A stretch of DNA of 63,985 nt, filler included, from Hausera hauseri (Eukaryota): the NCBI GenBank assembly GCA_046269625.1. It is 11 parts of 11 records of this genome, joined end to end, with 100 filler letters (N's around TTAATTAATTAA, not from the genome) between each part and the next. Parts side by side here need not be neighbours in the genome. Positions count along the whole stretch, not along the records: positions 43,996 to 48,988 come from JBJURY010368260.1; positions 49,089 to 58,833 come from JBJURY010297722.1; positions 58,934 to 63,985 come from JBJURY010350601.1; 8 more parts are not named here. One strand, 5' to 3'. A model generated the notes under the pieces. That model had not been told where the DNA came from, searched no databases, and was given only the letters and a program-made list of their open reading frames with translations. Position numbers and translations under genes: made by a program. Below, piece after piece: positions 48,923 to 63,200 of the stretch (positions within the stretch are counted from its first letter, which is position 1; every line of letters starts with the position of its first letter).

Positions 48923-50496
48923 AAAAAATAAACATTTTGAACCGAGTTCAATATTTTTATACTAAATTTACAATTGGTTACTGCAGGGNNNNNNNNNNNN
49001 NNNNNNNNNNNNNNNNNNNNNNNNNNNNNNNNTTAATTAATTAANNNNNNNNNNNNNNNNNNNNNNNNNNNNNNNNNNNNNNNNNNNNAGATGACGTGTT
49101 TGAAACTGTTGATCTTTACATAAAATTTTCAACTTATCAACAATGAAATGGAGCCTTAAAAATAGTCACTTACACTTATTAGGATTTATGTGGTGATGGA
49201 CATTTTCTTCAAAAGGCCTACAAAGACCAACAATGAACACAAGACAAATCAGTTCACAAACAATATGGACATTTTCAAATGAGAACTTGTGCACGTCTGA
49301 TGAGCATTCTTTGTACAAAAGATGAGAGCATTTGAATATATAAGAACATTTGCTTTTATGGCTTTAGCTAGAGCATCAAGTTGATATTTTTAAAAGACTA
49401 AAAAAGGCTTTAGTAATTTTAGTATTCATCATGTAACATTTAATTGAAGTCTAGAGTGAAACAAAAGAACACAGAGATGTATTGAACTTGTAATTCATTG
49501 TCCTACAAAAAAAAACTTTAATGCATTGTTTTATGGTTATTAAAGAAAAGTTATTCTTAAACCAGTACAAAATAAAAAAGTGTCTGAATGCATAAACAAT
49601 ATGAAACATAAATTATTGAAGGACAAAACAAGGTGATCAATGAAAATATGATGTACATTTTCAGTCAACCAGGACATAATAAATCCAAAAAGTTCCAACA
49701 TAAAACATTTCTTTTTTTACTTTTACTGGATCTAAAAGTACATGTTGAACCATTATAAAAGGCAGCAATCTGTGATAAAATGTAAACATTTGAAGAAACA
49801 GCACTATAATAAAATGCTAAGTGCAAAGAGAACAAGATTATAAAAGATAATACATTTTCACATCAATTTAAGTCATACAAAACATGTTAATCATAAGAAC
49901 TGATCAATCACTTTTTAACAATAAAAGTTTTTATCAAATTCCCATCTTCCTTTGTTGATTTTGTTAAAACAATGCTGAACAAACTTTATAAAACAGATTC
50001 TCCCATTTTGTTTTAACTACGGTAGACATTCTGTTATTTTGAGGCTAAAGAGTCTTGAGTTAGCTGTATTTGCCATGTTGAAGAGTGTCATATTTCCAAC
50101 TGAAATGGAGTGTAATCAATTGAAAACTAATTACAACTAATGAATTCCTTCTTTAACCTACTGACACAAATGGCAACTTATAGATTAAAACATACAAAGC
50201 AAATTGTGACCCAGAAGTCATTGCTGTCTACTTTATGAATGTAGTGAATATAACTGTGGGTTTCTTTGAGAGCTTAGATTGAAGGACTGAATATGAATTT
50301 GGCTGACATGCACAGATGTTTGGATGATTCAAAAAAATCTACCAGAACCAAATAATATTAACAAATGGTCAAAAAACTAAAAATCAGACAAATTAAAGAT
50401 GATGACTGATTTTGTTGTTGGTTTAGACAGAAAACATTTAAAAAATCTCTCTGTAAACCTACAACTCCAAAGGTATGATGTGGAAAGACAAGTCTG

Positions 50497-52716
50497 TTAC
50501 ACTATGTCCATTACCCATACACTGCTTTCTAACACTCGGTTCATTTCATGCCTGAAGTCTGGGTAGTTTTCATAATTAACTGGCAATTCCAGGTAGCAAC
50601 CACAGGTGTGAGCAACTGGACATCTCTGAAAACCTTGCATCTGTGTGAAGCTGACATTGATGCTTTTCCCCAGAAACAAATCAGATCCTGTGCAGAAGCG
50701 GAGAAAAGGGGAAAGGTGCTGTCTGCCCAGTTCTCTGAGATAAGAGTTGAAATATTTGCCGACGTTTTTCTGCTGCTCATTCATGGTTGATGGATATATA
50801 ACTGATCTGATGACTTTTCTTAATGTTGGTTTTAGATTTTCATATGCTGCTGTGATGCCTTCCAATTCTGACATTTGAGGAATAAGTACTTTGCTCCACT
50901 GCTCAATAACAAAGGCAGGTTCTTGAATCAGTTTTTGGTGGGCAAGCTCTTCCAGTAGTTGTTCAATATTATCAGGGGTTGGCACTCTTCGACAGTTGTG
51001 GAGATCCATGACTTCAAGGAGCTCTTCTTGATCCACACTAGCAAAATCTGAACGACAACTTTCAAGAATCATCCGATCTGACTCTGTAATGTACCTTAGA
51101 AAGCAGTCAACAAGAGGACTCTTAATACAGCCCAGAGCAGCTTGCTCCAATATTACTGGGGCAAGTTTTATAGGCAGGTACTTCTCTTTTTGCCATCCAA
51201 AAGCAATGATCCGACCAATGCTTTCCCATTGTTGCTGTCCAAAATCATGTCGCAAATAGGGCACCTTGAAGTTGTTACCCAGAGTGCATTGCTCATAAAA
51301 GTCCTGCCAAAACTCAGAGAGCACATCCCTTAAAACTCCTCCTTCATCAACTGCGTGTTCCAGCCTTCCATCGGGAAGTATCACTTGGATAGATATGTCA
51401 TCTTGAGTAACACTTTCATCGCAAAAATGTGAAATGAGTTCTTTAAGAATTTGGCCACGATGAAGAACAAGAATTTTTTCCCTTTTGTCCCTCTGAACAG
51501 GGGGTTCTTGCAGAACATCAAGAAGTGGAAGAGACGGCCCAGAACTAGATGATAGTGAAGACTTATGCGAGGAAGCGTGTCATCAAGACTAAGACTATCT
51601 GTTTCAGACTTGTGTTCTGTCAAGAAAGTAATAGTCCCACTATCTTCAGAAACATCCAGATTATTGGCTACATCAAGTTCTGACACACTGGACAAATCTT
51701 CCATGTTGACAGTGGAGTAAACAAAGGAGAAAATATCAGCATTTGTGTTTGTCCAATCACTGCTGGTTCCAACATAAATAACATCAGTTGTATTTGCTGC
51801 TTCAGGTTCAGTCGGCAGTGTGCTTTGACTAGAGTGAGGAAACTGATGTGTGGTTGATGTGCCAGTTGAGGCAATGGTTCCACTGAGGTTTTCTGGCTGT
51901 GAATCAAGAATGTTGTCCTTACTTTTTGTTGTTAAGTAAAAACGCAAAAGAGGCAGTTTTGTCTGTTCATACAGTTCATACTGTAATGTGTTTATCTAGG
52001 GAACGCTCCTGAAAATCAGTTAAGTCAACCTCAAAATCTGTGATTCTGCCCTCTGCATTTTTTTGTCCAGGAAAGAACAACTCCAAAGCTTTTTCTATCA
52101 ACTCGTTTTTTCTACAGTTTTTTGGCACATCTATTTTTCTTGTTCCTCCACCTTTTTTTGTCCTTACTTGAAAAAACTTTCCATTACGAAAGTTAAGCCA
52201 ACCCAGCTCAACTTTTCGGACAGTCTTCTCTGCATTTTTAGAGTTTTCCTTTTCTGACACATGCTCATAATCACCTGTTTTGTTTTTTGATAGTTTTGCT
52301 CTCAGTCGGTCAAAAAGTTTTGGCTTGCGCCCAACAGAGTCTTTTCCTCTTCGTCTGCAAAATCCAAGAACTGCCAGTCGGTCACCATAAGATGGTAGAT
52401 AGACTTTGAGCTGCTCATCCGTCATGAGCAGTAAAACACTGGAATCAATCTACAGGTAAAGAAAAAAATACCTAATTAAAGTTTTTTCTTATGCATAACA
52501 GAAGAAGTACACAGTGCTGAAAATAAAAATGGTAAATGTCTTGGACTTAATAAAAAGCATATTATGAAACATATTTGTCTCTAATATTTGTGCTTGGTAC
52601 AGATTATTCAATCATACTGAGTTTCTTATCAAACTAACTACCTTATCTTTTTCCAGTTGCTGAATGATTTCTTCTGAAACATTCCTTGACCTTAAGAAGT
52701 CATACAGCTCATCCAT
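50497..52716 (-). pseudogene. HECT E3 ubiquitin ligase gene (G2E3-like HECT, SAM-like N-terminus); 2 exons, 2 frameshifts
   Basis: Exon 1 at 52716-52642 (MDELYDFLRSRNVSEEIIQQLEKDK) and exon 2 from 52449 (IDSSVLLLMTDEQL..YLPSYGDRLA). Frameshifts near 51980 and 51560. HECT motifs EHAVDEGGVLRD, FLRFCTGSD and PVAHTC (catalytic Cys). Confidence 0.85.
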
Positions 52717-52832
52717 CCTGTGACAGTTATAAACACAAACTTAATAAAAACAGTTATTGAAGTGTAACGTCACATAAGATGTTGCTGTCCTTAAAACATG
52801 AAAAAGGTTAGAGTTTACAACCCCAGCATGTT

Positions 52833-55791
52833 TTGGCAATTCAATTATCTGATAGGGAAGCAGAATTAAAAAACAATGACTTTAAGTTAGACCACTTAGA
52901 CCAGAAAGACAGAAAAATGATTTTAAACTTATGTTTGGAGAAATACCCTGCTTTTTCAAAGTCGTATAAAACGCTTGGTCTTACATCAATTGTCGTCCCG
53001 AGAATAAAGTTGACCCACGACTATCCCATGGCTTGTAGACCATATCCACTAGCAAAAAATGTATTACCCAAAGCAGAAAAAGAAATTAAGGAATTAATAG
53101 AGGCAGATATTCTGGAACCATCGCAGGCTGGTTACGCTTTCCCAGTAATTTTTGTGAAAAAACCAAGAAAACCAAATGAGGAACAAAATTACAGAATGGC
53201 AACAGATTTTAGGATGCTAAACCATTACACACAAATATATAAAACATTCATTCCAAACATACATGACATATTAAATGAATTAGCAAAGTTTAAAATTTTC
53301 GCACAATTAGACTTAAAATCCGCATTTTTTCAGATTGAGCTCCCTGAGGAAGAGAGGGACAAATGCTCCATCATCACAACTCTAGGATTATGGAAACCGA
53401 AACGTTTACCTTTTGGTTTGAAAAACAGTGCTTCATTCTTTGCAGAATTAATGGGAAAAGTAATTGGTGATTTAAGAGAAAAAAATATTTTATATTACCT
53501 CGACGATTTTTTAATTCGGGCAAATGATATGTTGGAATTAAGAGAGAAAATTACTATCGTTCTGGACAGATTAATAGCACATAACCTTACATTGGACCCT
53601 GCAAAAGCAATAATAGGAGCGAAGAAAATACAATGTCTAGGATTTGAAGTATCATATCAGACCATAACACCGGCTGAGAATAATATTGCAAAGATTACTA
53701 ATTTTAGGACACCACGCTCGATAAAAGAAGTACAATCATTCCTAGGAATGGTAAACTACTTTAGACATTTAATTCCTCAATACGCCGAAAAAGTAGAACC
53801 GTTAGTAAATATTACCAGAGGAAAAGGGGAATTTAAGTGGAATCACAACTGTGAAGAAAGTTTTCACAACATGAAAAATATCATCATGAAAAAACCTGAC
53901 ATTACAACAGTCAATATGGAAAATACATTTTACTTAAGTACAGATGGAAGCAAAACCGCAATAAGTGGGATATTAAGTCAAAAAATAGATGGAAAGGAAT
54001 ACCCAGTAAAATTTTTTAGCAGAACACTTAAACCAACAGAGAAAAGATATCCAAGCTTAAAAATAGAATTATTAGCTATATACGAATCTGTTAAATTTTT
54101 TCGCGAATACTTAATAAATACCAAATTTATACTCCAGAGTGATGCTAAATCTTTACAATACTCATTAAAATTAGACCAACATTGTGATGCAATTGCGAGG
54201 TGGGTATTGTACCTTAGTCAATTTGATTTTAAGTTTAAATATATCCCCGGACAATCGAACCCGTCAGACTATATGTCGAGATTTGTTTTAGAAGAAAGTA
54301 CAGTAAATAATTATAGTCACAAAAATATTTTCAAATAAAACCGAATTAACAGATCAAAAAATCAAACAAAATCAGAGAAGCGATAAAAAATTAGAAGGTA
54401 TAATTATGGAAATTGAGAAAAATAATAACAATAATAAACAGAGGAAATATCAAAATTATAATCTCGATCACAACGGAATACTCAGACGTAAGTTTCAACA
54501 AAAAGAAAATTATGAGGAAAAGAATGTAATTGTGATTCCAGAAAATATGAAAACGGAAGTAATACGCTTAGCACACACCACACATTTTGGCTACAACAAA
54601 ACATGTGAATTAATAAAGAGAAATTATACATGGCAGGGCTTAAACGTCGATGTTAGAGAATATGTAGCAAATTGCGAAACATGTATGAAATATAAACCCA
54701 AAAGTATACCCCAACCAAAATTACAAGAAATGGAGAGATGTACAGCACCCGGTCAATTAATATCAGTAGACATTATTGGACCTTTACCTAGATCAAATAA
54801 GGGACACAGATTCGTTCTAACAGTGGTGGACTATTTTTCAAGGCATTTACAAACTTATGCATTAAGAACAATTACGGCAGAAAGTGTAATTCAATCATTA
54901 ACAACTTATTTTTCTTCTTTTGGCCTTTGCAAATCTATATTATCTGATAACGGAAAACAGTTCGTAGCAGAATCATACAAAAAATTTTTAGAAACATTAG
55001 GAATTAAACCGCGATACGCTTCAATCTATTTTCCCAGAAGTAACGGGATCGTCGAAAGATTGCAAAAATCGTATAAACAAGCTATGATTTGCATGGCAAA
55101 TGAATCATATGACTGGAATGAAAGTTTACCTTGGATCCAAGCATGTTACAATGCATCCCAACATAGCGCTACAAAATTTTGTCCAAACCTGTTACATTTT
55201 GGGCGAGACATCAAAGTACCAATCGATCCAATAACCCACACAAACACAGATGAGTGGAGTTACATTTTTGATAATAAGGAGAATCTAGACCCACAGCGAT
55301 TTAGAGATTATTATTATAAAAATATTCAGAAATTTTTGAAAACGAAAGAAGCAGCTTACATATTCCAAAAACAGGCACAACGAAAAGAAATTGATAACAG
55401 TAAAGACAATAAAGAACGTGTATTCGAAGTGGGAGACCTAGTTTACATTAAAAACTTTAGGCGACAAAATGCATTTGATGCCAGATATGTAGGACCATAT
55501 AGAGTGATCAAATTAATCCGAAATAATAATTTATTAATCAATGATGTACAGGATCCAGCGTCAAACAATTTCAATATAAATCGTAATCACGTAGTGAAAA
55601 AAGGATTTGTAAATAAGAGAATTATACAAGAGGATCAAAACCAAAAATGTAAAAGCGAACAAAATTCAACGGGGATACAGGATAAAAACCAATCGACGGA
55701 CACAAACAATAATAATCAACAAAAAGAAACAGGAAATACAAAAAACAACGTGTATAATTTAAGACCCAGGAATAAAAATCGACGAAATTGA
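52833..55791 (+). mobile_element. pol: Ty3/Gypsy pol (RT, RNase H, integrase) with one frameshift near 54310-54340; no gag or protease upstream
   Basis: YRMATDFRMLN, LDLKSAFFQI, LPFGLKN, YLDD, TDGS, ELLAI; HTTHFG..CETC, VDIIGPLP, SDNGKQF, NGIVER, YVGPY. Confidence 0.95.
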
Positions 55792-58700
55792 CAAAATAAA
55801 TGAATCTCAAAAGAGGTATAATAACGGAGGGAAGATTATAAACGTAAAGTCCAAACGTCAGAAAAAAGAAAATAAAAAAATAAATAAATAAATAAAAGAA
55901 AAAGAAAAAGAATGTTTGAATTTAAAGGCATAGAAGATATAAGTCCGATGCGTTATATAGATATATAGGACCATATAAGATTGTAAAGTATTCAAAAACT
56001 GAAATTATTATAATCAATGAAGTAAATAAACCAAAAAGTTGAAATATGCAAATTAAAAAATTGTAGTTGTCAGAGAATATAGTGTAATTAGACGGATAAA
56101 AAAGAAAATCGAACAGAATAAAAAATAATTAAGTCCCACGACGAAATTTTGTAAATATAAAAAATTTTAAAAAATAATAAACAAAGTTTCGGAAGCGAAT
56201 TAGATTATTAAAATTACAGAATAAGTAAAACATATGCGACGCATAAGTAATTAGCTAAACCAATAAACTGCGCGGGAAAGTAGAGGGGATGAAATTAAAG
56301 GGATGCGATGAAAGGCCCATCCCACTTTTGAGTCAAGAAGAAATGTAAACAAATGAGAAAAACAAAATTGGCGCAGAAAAAATCTGGTAGACCAAAATGG
56401 TTGCCAAATTAGGTTTGCTGGAGGAAGGAGATACGAGGAGATAATGATGTCCTCTCCCCTCCCACAATGACGAGATAAAAATCTACGTCACAAAATTACA
56501 AAGACAGACGAAGTGAAATACAAAATTGGGAGATGGGAGAATAAGATATTTTAAGTCCGTAGTTACAAGTGAGTGCAAAAGAAAAAATAAATAAGTAAAT
56601 AAAGAAAGAAAGAAAGAGTTTTAGACAAATTTGATGCTACCCTCTATATTAGTTAAATGGCTGATAGAGCAAAGGGTACGATAACAGGGGAAAATCGAAC
56701 ACAAATGGTTATGAGAACGAAGAAAAGATTCGAAGATCAAAACATGTAAATATCATTGTAAATATGTACATATAAAATACAAAAAAATTCCCAGTCTAAT
56801 AGCGACAAATGGGAATATTTAATCAAAGAAAGTTATGAGATAAGGTTTAAAGGATTCAGGGTGTTGATAAAAATAAAATAAAACAGATGTTCAGTTTGGA
56901 TACTAAAATGAAAATCGGATACGACCCCCCCCCCAAAATCCGGGATTGAAATCCAACGGAAGAAGGGAGATATGCAGTCAAAAAAAAATTGACAAAATGC
57001 TGGATAACGAACAATAAATATAAAAATATAAAGAAATAAACAAGCACTGATAAAATTACACAGGTAAATACACAGAAATACAAGCAAAAAAATAAACAAA
57101 CCAACCTGAAAACACATACAGGGCAAAATAAATAACAGGTAAATGATAAAATTCCTACCTTTTACCGCGCAGGTTGTGGGCGTGGAGATCTAATGAACCC
57201 CATCCGGTTCATAGATAGTCTGAAACGATTAAAATTTGCTGAAAGGGAAGAAAAAATATTAAAACAACAAATATTGATATCAGAAAGCACAAAATACAAA
57301 GTAAAAAGTATAGTGAAAAACGGAATTTTAATGTGTAAGAGAGCGAATTTTGAAAAAAGTGGCAAGTACTTAAAACAATTAATTTTCCGGATAATTTTAA
57401 TCTATTTGAGTTACGATTAGGCAACGTAAAAGGTCATAATGACAAGGCAAACCGCATAGTGATGTGAAGCAAACGCTAAAACCAAAAAGAAATAAATTAC
57501 GAAATTAGGGTGCAACAAACACGGAAACGGAGCAGGCCAGATGGCAACAACCACTAAAATAAGTTAAAGTCAGAATACGATTTATAGGTGGCAATACGGA
57601 AATAAATCCCAAATAAGACAGTGCAGCCATACCAAAAATTATACTAATACAGGAAGACAGTAAAAGAAAAAAATAATAGAGATTACCAAAATTGCTGAGC
57701 GAGAGAAACTTATTTCACTAAAAAAGAAAAAAAAAAAATTAAAACGTTCAAAGAAGCCAGTTAATTTCAGAATAGCGAAGTCAAAAAAGAAATACTTACA
57801 TTATATAGAGAGTAATCCAAATAAGTAATCAGGTGGGTAAGTCCGAAATCTGCCGAAGCGAGTAATCCAAAGATTGAGTAGGTGGGTTAGGCGAAATAGT
57901 TCCGACATCACGAGGAAGTTACCAAATAGCTGTAAAAAGAAAAAAAAAAAGGGTGACAGACAGAGAATTCAAACGTTGGCAACTGGAAGAAAAAGCATGA
58001 ATTAATCAGAAGAAACATACGTAAATTAACAATAAATAAATAAATAAAAATAAAGTTTGATCAAACTTTGTAAGAAATAAACCAAAAACAGATTCAAATG
58101 CAAACTCCATGACTGTCTTGTGTTCATGTTTTAAATGGAAAAAAACTAATAAAAACAGTTTTAAAATTTTTAAGAAACTAGAAGAAAACTGGTTTTCTGC
58201 AACTATTCCAATGAAAACTAAAGACTTATCTAATTCTTGTTGTCAAGAACTAAAGCTACGATTCGTCTAACAAACACGTTTTTAATTGGCTGTGAGGAAT
58301 AAACATTCATGTAACGTGTAAAAAATGAAAATGTTCTCCTTCGAGACAGATTTGGTTCTTTTGCTCAGAACTCGACTATACACCAGCTCAGAACAGCAAA
58401 CATTTCTCATCACTTGACCTTTATCCTGCAGAGCCCCTGGTTTCATCATCCGTCCACCCTGGGTGTTCACTTCAGGAAGACTGAGGCTTTTCGAATCAAG
58501 TGTTTGAGATGTTGTCTAGACTTTCTCCGTCCTTTGAGGCCTGAGCTACTACTGACACAGTAATGGGGACCAGTCTGGCATTCTGCTGAGTCTGTCTCAC
58601 CTGGTTAGTCAGAAGAAACAGTTTCACAATGACCCATCCAATTTATTGATGAACATGAGCAAGTTGTGTCTACCTCTGATCCGATGGGACAGTAAAATGC

Positions 58701-59049
58701 AGGTTGCTCTGAAAGTTCTGGCTGACAAAAGCCTTGAAAAGTGTGTGGTCATAAATTAGTCTAGTTCAAGTTGTTCAGAGGTGCCCTCAGATGCATTACA
58801 TGCCGTGCGTAAACACTCACACACACACACACTNNNNNNNNNNNNNNNNNNNNNNNNNNNNNNNNNNNNNNNNNNNNTTAATTAATTAANNNNNNNNNNN
58901 NNNNNNNNNNNNNNNNNNNNNNNNNNNNNNNNNTAGTTAGGGTCGCTGGGGGCTCTGGTGTGTTTTTATGTAGTGATAAGTTATATAGGACAAATATTTT
59001 TAGGCGTTGGAAGAGTTTTTCTTCTTTTTATTTCTTAATTATCATCAAC

Positions 59050-59460
59050 ATTCTTATGTCTAGTTAGTTAGGGTCGATGGGTCTTGGTGACCAACAATAT
59101 GTACAGGAGTGTTGGGTCTTGGTAAGCATCTAGATGGGTCTTGGTAAGGATCATTATGTAGAGGAGTGATGGACTTGTGTTAGAACATCATCATCATGTA
59201 GTGGTGGTAACCATTAACATGTAGAGACGTATTCGGGGGTTGGTAAGCACTTGAACATTAGCATCTAGGTGGGTAATGGAACATCAATGTGTAGAGACTT
59301 GTTTGGGGTTGGTAAGCACTGGAACATTGGCATCTGGGTGGGTATTGGAACATCAACATGTAGAGGAGTGATGGATTTGTGTTCGGTCTTGATAAGCATC
59401 TAGATGGGCTTGGTAATGATCATTATGTAGAGGTGTGGTGGGGCATCATCATGTAGTTGA
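59050..59460. repeat. Imperfect local repeats
   Basis: Recurring GGGTCTTGGTAAG, ATGTAGAGGAGTG and GGGGTTGGTAAGCACT motifs. Confidence 0.6.
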
Positions 59461-59869
59461 GTCTTGTTTTATTACCGTGGTCTTATGACAGCTGTATTAT
59501 GGCAGGGGTTTAAGTAACCATCATTATATGCATTGTGTACTATCGTGTGTCTTATGAATATTCAACATGGGTCTTAGTTACCATCATCATCATTGCTATC
59601 ATTTTATATTACAGTCAATTTATTGTCAGTGTGTGTGTGTGTTCTTTTTGTCTTTTTACCTAATGTGAATGCAACTGAAACATATGAAGACCAAAACGCC
59701 AGTAGGAGGGAACGACTTGGTTCGGGCATGACCCCGCTGTTAACAGGACTCAGCAGAAAGCTTGGAAGACGAAAGGTTGAAACATCATAGAATGACCCTG
59801 TGAGAGGGATAATCTTACCAAACATGTTTAATGACAGTTACTCTTCTTCTTCTTCCACAGAGTCAAAAT

Positions 59870-60225
59870 AACACTTGTGATGATTGTGGCCGTGTATTTA
59901 TGAGAGCATCAAATCTTCGGCATCATAAGGAAACTGTCCATTTTCAACCTGGATGTGATGTAAGTTGATTACCAATATTAAAAGTTTAAACAATTATGGT
60001 GTATTTAACCGTAACGTTTTTCCACGGCATATTTGATATGTTTTAGTGAAAAGTTTAGTTACAAGATGTGACTTGTATACTATGCTGATATAGTTATGTG
60101 ATAGTCTATTAATCAAACGCTTGTTTATTTATATACCACAGAGACAAAGACATAAATGTACTGACGGCGAGAGAATCTTCACATGCATGACTGATTTGCA
60201 GCGTCATCTGGATTCGGTTCAAGGT
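59870..60225 (+). pseudogene. C2H2 zinc-finger remnants upstream of the Polinton PolB
   Basis: TCDDCGRVFMRASNLRHHKETVH (~59873-59941) and a decayed HKCTDGERIFTCMTDLQRH (~60151-60207). Confidence 0.6.
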
Positions 60226-60299
60226 AAAAATAAAAACACAGTGTCAGAAGAGGACTCTTTAAATGTATTGCCAGAATAGCTTAGGGAAATTTACAGAGC

Positions 60300-63200
60300 T
60301 AATTGGGGCGCTTTCAAAACACACAGTAACATTAACAAACACATATCCACATACACTCTTTTCACATGCCAGAAAAGATCACAACACAAACTGGAGCCAT
60401 CTTTTAGACAACATATTTAAACATCAGACACGTAGATTCAAGCTCAATTAGAGCCACCATTTTATTCTTAGACACTGTGAGACAGGGGATCTCCATTTCT
60501 TACATGCCTCGTCAAACAACGCTTGTGTTTTAGAGAAACCTAAACTCATAAATAACAGACATGATTTTGCAGATTTTGTCAGGCAGTTAGGAGAGGACGA
60601 TCCCTTAGTTTCGCACACCACAATAAGCCAAACAGTAAGTACCTCACAGAAGCAATTCCAGCCACTAGCTTTTATTTTTTCATCTTCAGGAATATTCAAT
60701 AGGTTGTAATTTACAAAACATACCATCACACATTACAAACAGCGAATACATCTACACATTACAATAGGACTCAAGTTTACAAAAGCACACTGACAACTAT
60801 TGTTGTTTAGGGCTTTAGCTATATTTAGGGGCACCAGTTACAGACAATAGGAAAGCTACACAAGAGCTCGTTAAACACTGGTAAGTTAATCAGGGCATAG
60901 AGTCCCTGATTGATTTCCCTTGAGTTAGTTTAGTTCAGATTCCTGCTTTAGAACAATGGTTTGGTATAAATATCATTGTATTTGAGTTTGATGATGCGCG
61001 AGTCCTTTCCCCAAAACTATACGGTAGTGATAGGTTTAAAGCTACGTTACATCTTTTACATCTTTTTAAAAATCATTTCATGTATATATCTGACATAAAT
61101 AGAGCGGCGCATGCATTCTCGTGTCCAAAGTGTGGCAAGTTGTGGAAACAATACTGGCCCATGACAAGACATGAGAAGACTTGTGTAGGTGATGTACTGG
61201 AAGAAGTCTTTAAGGGTGGTGTTTATACTCCACCCGACACGATTTGTGACATGATTTTCGAGCGAGGGATACAAGTAGAGCTGGGCTACGTGAATCCCTA
61301 TAGGGCAACATCCGACTACAAATGTTACTGTGAAAAATCCGTTATACCACCAAACGCCGAGGTGACCAAATTTCTGGCCAGACATATTCCCTTGTCCTGC
61401 TTCATGGCCTCGAACATGCCAGGTTTTGAAGGACCCGTCTTCTTCATCACCACCAGGGATCCATAGGAACAGGTCGGCCGCATGCTCGATCATCTCAGCA
61501 AAATTGCAGATGAAGCGAATTAGTAACTGCACGAAACTTTTGACGACTTATTCAAGGAATTATAGCACTTAAAAGCTGAATCTCTCGAGGATAGATTATA
61601 CGACTATTTGCGCGAGCTCCCCGTCATAGGTGTTAACTCTGGCAAGTACGATTTTAACGTCATTTAGCCCTACCTCATAAAAGCTATCGCCGACCAAATC
61701 ACCACTGAATCCAAAAAGGCCTCGGGTGATTCATCCAAGCTGGCCTCAGGTGATTCATCCAATGCGACTACGGTTGCGACCCCGTCCTCCTCAGTTGGAA
61801 ATACCTCGGTTGAGGAAGAGAACTCCTCTTGTGTTGGGGAGGACGATTCTTCTTCCGTCGTAGAGGCATCGGTTGTGGACGATTCTTCTTCCATCGTAGA
61901 GGCATCGGTTGAGGACGATTCTTCTTCCGCCATGAATGTATCGGTTGAAGAGGATGACTCCTCTTGTGTTGGGGAGAACGATTCTTCTTCCGTCGTGAAG
62001 GTATCAGTTAAGAAGGTCGATTCGTCCTCAACCTTACCTTTTAGATTCATAGTCAAACGAATTAACGACTTTATGTGCATAGCGTCACAAAAGTATAAAT
62101 TTCTAGACATCTGTAATTACCTGGCCCTGGGGTTTAGTTATAGTAAATACTTAGCCGCCCATAAGTTAAAGAAACTAAAGATTTCTTTTGTTACGAATAT
62201 TTAGATAATTTAGATAAATTAAATGAAACTAGTCTACCTCCCCACTCCGCCTTCCATTCGTCCCTTAAGAATAGCAATATTTCCGAGAAAGATTATGTGG
62301 ATTGTCAGAAAGTTTGGGCCGAAAACCGTATGACCACTGTACGCGGCTTTCTCAGGTGGTTCAACAACAAGGATGTAGTGAACTTCCTAGACATGTTAGA
62401 GCAACAAATTAAGTTTTACGCAAATCTAGGTGTAGATATGTTGAAAGACGCGGTTTCAGTCCCGGGTATAACTTTAAGGTATTTGTTCCAGACACTCCCT
62501 CTAGCGTAGTCTTTTCCTTATGCTCTGAACGCGAGGAAGACCGTCATAAAACCGTTAGGAATAATACTGTGGAAGGGCCCTCGATAATTTTCCATCGATA
62601 TCATGAAACCGGGCAGACGCGCATTAGGGGTAATAAACTAGTTAAGATCATAAAAGGCTACGATGCCAACACCCTTTATCTTTGGGCCTTGATGCAGAAA
62701 AAGCCAACAGATTTCCCCATAATTAGGACTAGTGAGGACAAATTAAAAAAAGCACACAGTTAGTAGGCACACCCAACAGAGTAGGAAATGGTTAGCTTGG
62801 GTTTCGCATAAAAATAGTCTACTTTTAAAAATGCAGTATAACGGATGCGAACACCATGTAGGTCCCAATGGTTATAGAGTAGATGGGTGGGATAAAAAAA
62901 TCGCGGACGGCTTACAAATTTCACATGTGGCCATCCCGATTGCCTAATCACCCGCGGTAATACCGTTAACCCCATCAACAACAAATCCTTGACAGAGTTG
63001 TATGACAAAAACGGTGGAAATTCGCGAGCAGCAGGCGCAGGAAGCTACGGTCGTTGAGATGTGGGAACGCGAGTGGCATGCTCTAAAAAAGTATAATCCA
63101 GCAATCAAGGCTTGCTTAAAAACCACGTCTACACCCTCCGACTGAAGAAGAAATTCTGAAAGCCGCTGAGGACGAAACATGTTTTGGCTTGAGAGAGTGC

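Noticed and set aside
56833-57424. Hydrophobic F/L/I-rich minus-strand ORFs
   Set aside because: By-product of the A-rich plus strand of the retroelement 3' region.
61670-62110. 146-aa acidic ORF on the minus strand
   Set aside because: Antisense read of the tandem-repeat insertion in PolB.
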